Sequence record: NC_019407.1
Length of the DNA: 64,000 nt
Reading direction: 5' to 3' (one strand)
Numbering within the stretch: the stretch's first letter is position 1; each line of letters opens with the position of its first letter. The notes beneath the pieces are model-generated. The model saw nothing but the letters and a program-made list of their open reading frames with translations, was not told where the DNA came from and ran no database searches. The position numbers and the translations under genes were made by a program. Below, one piece after another: positions 45,457 to 52,100 of this stretch.

Positions 45457-45809
45457 AGCACCAGACCCAGATGGACCTCAACGGGATCACCCGCGCCGAG
45501 GCCGCCTGCGTCGCCGCCTTGATCCACGGCACGCGGCTGAAGTTCGTCGACCGCGCGCCCGACGGCTATTATCGGGTCGTGGCCATGGTGACGCGTGATC
45601 TCACGCACCAGAAGCCCGACGGGCGGGTGCGGCTGAAGTGCTACGAGCGCAAGTTCTCCCGTCCGACCATCGACAAGCTGGTGGCGCGCAGGGCGCTCCA
45701 GGTCGTCCAGATGGACGAGCAGGGCCGCGTCCAGATCGCCGCCTCGGCCGAGATGGTTCACGCCTGCATGGCGCTGCACGGGATCAGGCTGAAGAGACCG
45801 GGCGGATGA
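45453..45809 (+). CDS. hypothetical protein (wHTH-like)
   Basis: FSRPTIDKLVARRALQVVQMDEQGRVQ. Confidence 0.75.
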   Translation: MKHQTQMDLNGITRAEAACVAALIHGTRLKFVDRAPDGYYRVVAMVTRDLTHQKPDGRVRLKCYERKFSRPTIDKLVARRALQVVQMDEQGRVQIAASAEMVHACMALHGIRLKRPGG

Positions 45810-46135
45810 TCCGGCGCCGCGTCACCCGGCGGCAGGCCGAGGCCAAGGCCGCCTATCGCGTCGCCGACGCGGTGGGCTATCTGGGGCCGCACCATCTCCT
45901 GGTCGAGAAGGTCCCCGGCGGCTGGGTGCTGGTCGATCGCCTGGAGGGCACCTACGCCCGCCGCGAGCCGCAGGACTTCATGACCTGCACGACCGACGAT
46001 CTTTCCGAGGCCACGCGCTGGGCCTGGAACTCGATCACCGAGGCCTGCGCCCAGTGCCACCTATCGCTCCAGGCCATCGCCTGGGATCACCTGCTGCGCC
46101 CGGTCCAGTACACCCTCAACAAGGAGCCCCTGTGA
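45806..46135 (+). CDS. hypothetical protein
   Basis: Start moved to MIRRRV. Confidence 0.72.
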   Translation: MIRRRVTRRQAEAKAAYRVADAVGYLGPHHLLVEKVPGGWVLVDRLEGTYARREPQDFMTCTTDDLSEATRWAWNSITEACAQCHLSLQAIAWDHLLRPVQYTLNKEPL

Positions 46136-46464
46136 GCGCCGCCTTCCGCGTCAAGCGCATCCTCGACTACATCGAGGGCCTGCGCGCCATGGGCGATGGC
46201 CGCCCCGCGACGATCCATGTCGACCACATCCGGGGCGACGTCTACCGCCTGCGGGTGATCGAGGCCAACGGCGAGACGTCCTATGGCTTCTACTCGCCGC
46301 GCCACTACTCGGCCGATCTCATCCCCGCCGCGCGCGGCGTCTTCTCGCGCTTCCGCCTGGGCTCGATCCGCGACGGCGTCATGCTCTGGCGCGAGAACGC
46401 GGACCTGGAGATGATCTCCTGCGACCACCGCCAGCGGCCGATCGACTTCGTCGTCCGCGCCTAA
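46132..46464 (+). CDS. hypothetical protein
   Basis: GTG start after AAGGAG. Confidence 0.75.
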   Translation: MSAAFRVKRILDYIEGLRAMGDGRPATIHVDHIRGDVYRLRVIEANGETSYGFYSPRHYSADLIPAARGVFSRFRLGSIRDGVMLWRENADLEMISCDHRQRPIDFVVRA

Positions 46465-46474
46465 AGGACCCCCG

Positions 46475-46864
46475 ATGCGCAAACTCTCCCTCTACCAACT
46501 GGCCTGCTTGGCGGTGGTGAAGATTTCGACCACCATGGCGAACGAGCCCCATTCGGGCGGCCCAGGCTTTTGCACCTTTGAGCGTCTCCCCCAGTCCAGG
46601 TTCTGGGGCTTCTTCCGCGACGGTCAGCCCCTGATGATACGGCAAGATCGCGAGTTCTCCTACCCGTCGATCACCATCAGCCGTGGCCTCTTCGATCCCA
46701 CCCTCTTCCCCCTCGTGAGTGTCAACATGCTCCGGAACGATGACGGATATCACGCGGTCCTCGAACGCCTCGGGGAATGGGACAGCGATCGCTACCAGAT
46801 CATCCCGCCGCCCAATGGGCATCTGACGCTGTCCCGCAAAAGCGGCCTATGTCGCGAACCGTGA
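46475..46864 (+). CDS. hypothetical protein
   Basis: SD AAGGA. Confidence 0.68.
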   Translation: MRKLSLYQLACLAVVKISTTMANEPHSGGPGFCTFERLPQSRFWGFFRDGQPLMIRQDREFSYPSITISRGLFDPTLFPLVSVNMLRNDDGYHAVLERLGEWDSDRYQIIPPPNGHLTLSRKSGLCREP

Positions 46865-46876
46865 CCGTCATGACGC

Positions 46877-46905
46877 TTGACACGCCCGCAGGGCCGCGCT
46901 AACCA
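46877..46905 (+). promoter_or_regulatory. sigma70-type promoter
   Basis: TTGACA-N17-TAACCA. Confidence 0.65.
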
Positions 46906-46924
46906 TTTTCCTTAACGCAACCCA

Positions 46925-47038
46925 TACGAAAATCCTGGTCCAGGGCGCCGCTGAACAGGCTCCCCGGCCGCGCGAAGCCCCGGACCCCAAAAGGGTGTCG
47001 CCCGAGGGCGCCGTAGGCGGACGCCAAATTTTTTCGTA
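46925..47038 (+). ncRNA. candidate structured 5' leader RNA
   Basis: Closing stem TACGAAAA/TTTTCGTA enclosing several short GC hairpins (ACCC-CAAAA-GGGT, CGCC-CGAG-GGCG). Confidence 0.4.
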
Positions 47039-47057
47039 AGAATGAGGAAATACATCC

Positions 47058-48179
47058 ATGCCCCGTGGTCCGCTGGTCGAGAAGTACGTCAAGGGCAAGC
47101 TCTACAGCCAGCGCCAGTTCCGCCGGCTCATCATCGACACCCTGCGGGCCATCCTCGATCTGCCCGGCTACGAGAAGGGCGCGCGCGCCCGCGATATCGC
47201 CGACAAGTTCGGCGATCCCGCCTGGGTCGAGGCCGAGAACCTGCGGCTGATCGCCGTCACCCTGAACAACCTCAAGACCCAGGGGCTGGTCAAGCAGATC
47301 GAGCGCGGGCTCTACAAGGTCAACGAGGCCAAGGTCGATCTGGGCCTGGACCAGATGGAGCAGACCGAGCAGACCATCGCCGAGGTCCTGCGGGCCGAAG
47401 GGGGCTACGCCAAGCGCCGGGTGATCGACCGCGAGCACGACGCCGACAGCCAGTCGACCGACGCCAAGGCCGGCGACATCCAGCGCACCCTCACCCGCGT
47501 GCTGATGAACAGCCAACGAATCCAGAAGGCCTACGGGGGGATGGTCTACGCGTTCTACAACCTCCCCCAGGCCGAATTGTCCCTCCTGCCCCAGATGGGG
47601 AAGTGGCTCCACCTCCAGTCGGCCGCCGCCACCCGCATGCTGACCGGCCAACCCTCCCACGAGGTCTACGGCCTGATCGAGAAAGCCACCCGCCTCCAGT
47701 ACCGCCACATCGGGGCGGTCTTCAAGTTCGTGATCGACCACATCGACGAGGACTTCGCCGACGCCGCGCGCGGCTTTGAGCCCCTGCACGAGGCGATGGC
47801 CGAATTCAACGACGCCTTCTCGGACGTCAACGCCGGCGCCCGGAACAAGATCGAGGACCGGTTCGGCCCCGAAGGCGAAGACCACCGCCAGATGCGCGAG
47901 GCCGGCAAGACCTACACCGAGATCGACGACGCGCGCGAAGCGGCCTTGCGCGCCTACGACGCCGAAGCCCCGCTGCGGCTGATCGACCTCTTCTGCGAGG
48001 GGAACCCCCAGGCCCACGAGCGCGCGCCGCTCTCTTTCTACGAGGCGTTCGCCGACTGGGCGATGCTAGACGCGGCCCAACTCAGCCGGGGCATCCTCGT
48101 CGCCGACTTCACCCGCGCCAAGCGGATCAAGAAGCTCGACGACCGGGAAGACGGCCCGCTGCCCGGCTATGAGGGCTGA
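47058..48179 (+). CDS. putative DNA-binding protein with N-terminal winged-helix domain(s)
   Basis: ARARDIADKF...VTLNNLKTQGLVKQIERGLYKV; SD GAGGA. Confidence 0.78.
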   Translation: MPRGPLVEKYVKGKLYSQRQFRRLIIDTLRAILDLPGYEKGARARDIADKFGDPAWVEAENLRLIAVTLNNLKTQGLVKQIERGLYKVNEAKVDLGLDQMEQTEQTIAEVLRAEGGYAKRRVIDREHDADSQSTDAKAGDIQRTLTRVLMNSQRIQKAYGGMVYAFYNLPQAELSLLPQMGKWLHLQSAAATRMLTGQPSHEVYGLIEKATRLQYRHIGAVFKFVIDHIDEDFADAARGFEPLHEAMAEFNDAFSDVNAGARNKIEDRFGPEGEDHRQMREAGKTYTEIDDAREAALRAYDAEAPLRLIDLFCEGNPQAHERAPLSFYEAFADWAMLDAAQLSRGILVADFTRAKRIKKLDDREDGPLPGYEG

Positions 48180-48224
48180 TCGGCTGGAGGCCCAAAAGGG
48201 CTGGCCGCTCTGGGTTTGTCAACC

Positions 48225-48485
48225 AAAGCCCTACTCCTCTATGGTCCATAAAGGTACACATATTAAATACATTCTTAGTTTACTCTGTATATGTAAACCT
48301 CTCCCTATACTCTCTATACCCTCTAAAAGCTAACCTAATTAAATACATAGTTAGTAATATGTGTGTCTTTCTACCATTTTACTACCCATTTATTTATTAT
48401 AGTTAGTTTTTCTCCTATAGTGTAGGGTAGAGAAGAGAAGAAAGGATGAAAAGTGGACTATCTACTAAATGAATAGATAATAATC
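48225..48485. other. AT-rich island (origin-like)
   Basis: Hand count of 52 G+C in 180 nt (about 29 percent) over 48241-48420, against a GC-rich background; ATTAAATACAT x2, ATAGTTAGT x2, ACACATATTA/TAATATGTGT inverted repeat. Confidence 0.7.
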
Positions 48486-48774
48486 CCTGCCGGGCAGACC
48501 TCGAAATTGGCGTCGAGCAAATCCCGAGCAAATCCTGGTCGCCTCGCCGCCTCGCCGAGGGGATCGACACGGTATGCAGGACCCGGAGGGAGAGCGGAGC
48601 GTGTCCAGGCCGTGTCGGCGAACCCGTCGATCGTCGACCACCTGTCCCGCCCCACCCGTCGACCGTCCTGCCCGTCAACCGTCCTGCCGAGAAACGACCC
48701 GTCATCCAACACGGCGTCCAGGTCCCGGAGGGCAAGAGCCCGATAGGGCGGGTTCGGGCCGTGTCGGCGGGGAG

Positions 48775-48809
48775 TTGACAGTCGTTGATCACGACGCTAG
48801 ACGTCGTGA
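48775..48809 (+). promoter_or_regulatory. promoter with a palindrome centred on the -10
   Basis: TTGACA-N17-TAGACG; TCACGACG-CTAGA-CGTCGTGA. Confidence 0.7.
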
Positions 48810-48831
48810 ATCTTGACATACGCCCGTCTGC

Positions 48832-49596
48832 ATGAGAGACGTGGTTAACGAGATGGGCTGCTCCAAGGCCCCTCGGGAGCCACCCATGCCGACCCCCACC
48901 ACCCTCCGCTCGACCTCGCCGTCCGATCCACGCCCCACCGCCATCGACCCTGACGTCCTGGCCCTGGCGATCGGCAAGGTCCTGCCCGACATCCTGGGCT
49001 GGGCGCGTCTGCGCCAGCCGGGCTTTGGCGAGGCCGATGTCCGCCATGCGGTGGTCGAGGCGCTGCACATCGCCGGCCTGGACGCCTTCCGCCTCGGCGT
49101 GGTCCTGGCCTCGAAGTTCAACTGGTCGGTCGACTACAGCCTCGTGCGCCTGCTCGACAGCGTCATCGAGGCCCTGCCGACCGCCTATCGGGCGGTGACC
49201 GGCCGCTGGGTCGCCCGCACCGGCATCCGCTTTCCGGCCAAGGAAGGCGACACCATCGAGTTCTTCGACGCGGCCGGTCGCCGCCGCGTCGGCAAGGTGG
49301 TCGGGGTCTCGGGCCTGACCGCCACGGCCTATGTCCAGCCCGCCGTCGGCACCGAGTTCACCGACCCGCCGATCGAGATCGCCGCCGAGGCGGTCGCCGC
49401 CAACGTCACCCAGAAGCGCTACCAGCCCGAGCACCCGATCCTGGGCGCACGCTACGATGACGCCCCGAAACTTGGGGCTCTGGCCGAGGCCGAACGCGCC
49501 CGCCGCACTGACGCGGCGGCTTCGCCGAGAACGCCGGCGCCCCACCCGCACCTGACCGACTTCCGCCCGGACCCTGACGGGCCGGCCATCGCCTGA
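48832..49596 (+). CDS. hypothetical protein
   Basis: 254 aa ORF; the exact start is uncertain. Confidence 0.72.
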   Translation: MRDVVNEMGCSKAPREPPMPTPTTLRSTSPSDPRPTAIDPDVLALAIGKVLPDILGWARLRQPGFGEADVRHAVVEALHIAGLDAFRLGVVLASKFNWSVDYSLVRLLDSVIEALPTAYRAVTGRWVARTGIRFPAKEGDTIEFFDAAGRRRVGKVVGVSGLTATAYVQPAVGTEFTDPPIEIAAEAVAANVTQKRYQPEHPILGARYDDAPKLGALAEAERARRTDAAASPRTPAPHPHLTDFRPDPDGPAIA

Positions 49597-49605
49597 GACC
49601 CTCCC

Positions 49606-49779
49606 ATGAGCCTTTCCTTCAACGACGATCCCGAGCAATGCGTGCGTGACGCGCTGGACCTCGACCTGGACGAGGTGGCGGTGGTCTGCCGCGACGCCTC
49701 GGGCGAGGTCTATGTCCTGGCCTCCACCAAGGGCCGGCGCCTGGAACGCCTGCTCGCCGACGGGGTCGACCTGACGTGA
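49606..49779 (+). CDS. small hypothetical protein (57 aa, not in the ORF track)
   Basis: Hand translation MSLSFNDDPEQCVRDALDLDLDEVAVVCRDASGEVYVLASTKGRRLERLLADGVDLT; GTGA overlap with the next gene. Confidence 0.68.
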   Translation: MSLSFNDDPEQCVRDALDLDLDEVAVVCRDASGEVYVLASTKGRRLERLLADGVDLT

Positions 49780-50291
49780 AGATCATCGGCGTCGATCCGG
49801 GCATCGCCGGCGGCGTCGTGCTGCTGGACACCAAGGCCTGCACCCTGGCGGTTCACGACATGCCGACCGAGCCCTCGACCAAGGGCCGGCGGCTGGCGTC
49901 CTCGGCCCTCTTGACCGTCTTCCTGCACGACGTCGCCCCCGATCACATCTTCCTCGAAGAGGTCGGGGTCCGGCCCGGCGAGGGCGCGGTCGGGGCCTTT
50001 TCGTTCGGTCGGGGCATGGGACGTCTGGAGGGCGTGGCGGCTGGCACCCGCACCCCGCTGACCATGGTCACGCCCCAGGAATGGAAGCGCGTCACCAAGA
50101 CCCCGGCCGACAAGAAGCGCGCCATCGCCCGCGCCTACCAACTCTTCCCCCGCTGCGTGAAGCTCTTCCAGGGGCCGCGCGGCGGTGAAAAGGACGGGCG
50201 CGCCGAAGCCGCCCTGATCGCCTTCTACGGGGCGATGAAGCTCGGCGCCGTTCCCTCCTCTCCCATCGACCCGGCGGAGTTTCCGGCTTGA
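49776..50291 (+). CDS. ruvC: RuvC-like Holliday junction resolvase
   Basis: IIGVDPG, FLEEV, FSFGRGMG and DGRAEAALIA motifs. Confidence 0.88.
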   Translation: MKIIGVDPGIAGGVVLLDTKACTLAVHDMPTEPSTKGRRLASSALLTVFLHDVAPDHIFLEEVGVRPGEGAVGAFSFGRGMGRLEGVAAGTRTPLTMVTPQEWKRVTKTPADKKRAIARAYQLFPRCVKLFQGPRGGEKDGRAEAALIAFYGAMKLGAVPSSPIDPAEFPA

Positions 50292-50923
50292 CCCAGCCCC
50301 AGTACCTGACGCGCCAAGCGCTTTTCCGCCGCCGCCATCGCGGCGATATTTGGCCCGTCCATGACGAGATGGATTACGCCGCCAGCGCCACCACCGTCAT
50401 CGACGATCCGCGCGAGCCCAACATCGTCCCGACCGGGGTGCTCGACGCGGCCGGCGAGATGCTGCTGAAGGTCCACATGCCGATCAAGGTCCCGCTGGGC
50501 TTCGCCATCCCGCCGGTCGAACGCGACGACGCCGACGAAGTGGTCTCCTACGTCCCCGAGAGCCAGTTGATCGTTTCCGACATCGGCCTGGGTCGCGGCT
50601 ATGTCACCCCCGAGGAAGCCGACGCCGGCGAGATCGACGGCCATGAGGCCCACGAGGAACATCCCGGTCAGGCCTCGATCCGCATCCCCGCCACCAAGGA
50701 GGTGATCGCCGCCCACGGGGCCATGGGCGAGGCGGCCGAACGGGTCGCCGATCAGGTCACCGCCCTGCATGGCGATCTCACCCCCGAGGGGATCATCGTG
50801 CTGCGCGGTCTGATCGCCGCCCAGGGCGAGGCGCTGATCGCCTTCCTCCAGGCGGCTCACACCGCGCGGGCCGAGGGTGGTGAAGAAGACGAGGACGAGG
50901 ACGATGGCCCCGAAGAAGCCTGA
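50288..50923 (+). CDS. hypothetical acidic protein
   Basis: TTG start overlapping the ruvC stop. Confidence 0.72.
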   Translation: MTQPQYLTRQALFRRRHRGDIWPVHDEMDYAASATTVIDDPREPNIVPTGVLDAAGEMLLKVHMPIKVPLGFAIPPVERDDADEVVSYVPESQLIVSDIGLGRGYVTPEEADAGEIDGHEAHEEHPGQASIRIPATKEVIAAHGAMGEAAERVADQVTALHGDLTPEGIIVLRGLIAAQGEALIAFLQAAHTARAEGGEEDEDEDDGPEEA

Positions 50924-51209
50924 CCTCTCGACCCGGTCGGGCGCGGCCCGCCATAGCGCCGAGCGCGACAAGGCCCTCGACGCGGCGGTCGCCGCCTTCC
51001 ACGAGGCGGTGCGGATGTACACGGGCCTGACCGCCCAGGCCAACCTCAACAAGGTCCGCCCGGCCATCGTCGAGGAGTACCGCTTCGGGGCGATCGCCGC
51101 CTTCGAAGCCCTGCTCGACAACATGAAGACCGCCTCCGACGCCCTGGTGATCCTCAACGCCGTGCGCGGGGCCTCCCCGCCCGACAAGCCCAAACGCACC
51201 GAGCTTTAG
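50904..51209 (+). CDS. hypothetical protein
   Basis: Start moved to MAPKKP after GAGGA. Confidence 0.72.
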   Translation: MAPKKPDLSTRSGAARHSAERDKALDAAVAAFHEAVRMYTGLTAQANLNKVRPAIVEEYRFGAIAAFEALLDNMKTASDALVILNAVRGASPPDKPKRTEL

Positions 51210-51212
51210 ATC

Positions 51213-52088
51213 ATGCCGCGCCTTTCCAACGATCGCCACGAGATGTACGCCCTGATGCGGGCCAAGGGCATGAAGCCCCAGGCCGCCGCCCAAGCCGCCG
51301 GCTTCGTGGCCGGCTCGTCGATCTACGCCGAACTGGAGAAGGACCCCGAGGTCCAGGCGCGCGCCCAGGAACTGCTCGACGAGAACAACCTCAAGCGCGA
51401 GCAGATGCGCACCGCCGCCACCGAGGCGGCCAAGGTCGTCGGTCAGGTCTCGGGCCTGTCCAAGGCCTGGGTGCTTCAGAAGCTGGCCGAGAACGCCCAG
51501 ATGGCGGCCCAGGACGGCGACTACAAGGAGAGCAACGCCGCCCTCAAGCTGATCGGCGACGAGTTCGGCATGTTCAGCGGCGCCTCCTCGGAAGGGACCG
51601 AGGGCCAGAACGGCGAGCGCGTCTACGACCTCGACGGGCTGAGCGCCCTCCTCGTCAAGGGAACCTCGGCGATCCCCGTCCCGCCGCCCAAGGTCGACCC
51701 CTCCGCCGCCTTCGACCTGATCGCCGGCAACGGGGCCGCCGCCCGCCGCGCCCGCGAGAGCCGGGCCTTCTCCGACGGCGAGGAAAGCGACGCGGTGTTC
51801 TCCGAGGACGCCGATATCGACGCGGTCATGGACGGGGCCTGGAGCGGCCCCAGCCCCGACGACTACCTGGAGGCCGAAAATTCGCGCCAGGAGGCCCCTG
51901 AAGCCGCTGACCGACCCGAGCCCCCGGCCGACCCCGTTCCGGCCGCTGGCGACCCCGCGCAGGAGCCGGGAACCTGGGAGCAGATCGATCCCAAGACCTC
52001 CCCCGAAGCGATCATGGCGCGCATCCAAGCCGCCGGCCAATCCCCGACTTCCAGCGATGACCGGCCCAAGCGCCGCTCCTCGCGCTGA
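51213..52088 (+). CDS. terS: terminase small subunit
   Basis: N-terminal HTH (RHEMYA...G.KPQAAAQAAGF) and KAWVLQKL...SNAALKLIG...GMF; directly upstream of terL. Confidence 0.8.
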   Translation: MPRLSNDRHEMYALMRAKGMKPQAAAQAAGFVAGSSIYAELEKDPEVQARAQELLDENNLKREQMRTAATEAAKVVGQVSGLSKAWVLQKLAENAQMAAQDGDYKESNAALKLIGDEFGMFSGASSEGTEGQNGERVYDLDGLSALLVKGTSAIPVPPPKVDPSAAFDLIAGNGAAARRARESRAFSDGEESDAVFSEDADIDAVMDGAWSGPSPDDYLEAENSRQEAPEAADRPEPPADPVPAAGDPAQEPGTWEQIDPKTSPEAIMARIQAAGQSPTSSDDRPKRRSSR

Positions 52089-52100
52089 CCCTAGAACGCC

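Noticed and set aside
46899-46915. CtrA box at the 46877 promoter
   Set aside because: CTAA-N9-TTAA has the wrong spacing.
46940-47030. Hammerhead or known riboswitch in the 47 kb leader
   Set aside because: CTGAACA does not fit the CUGANGA core, and no aptamer consensus that I know matches.
48194-48222. Minus-strand TTGACA at 48217-48222 as an antisense promoter
   Set aside because: There is no -10-like hexamer at 17-18 bp.
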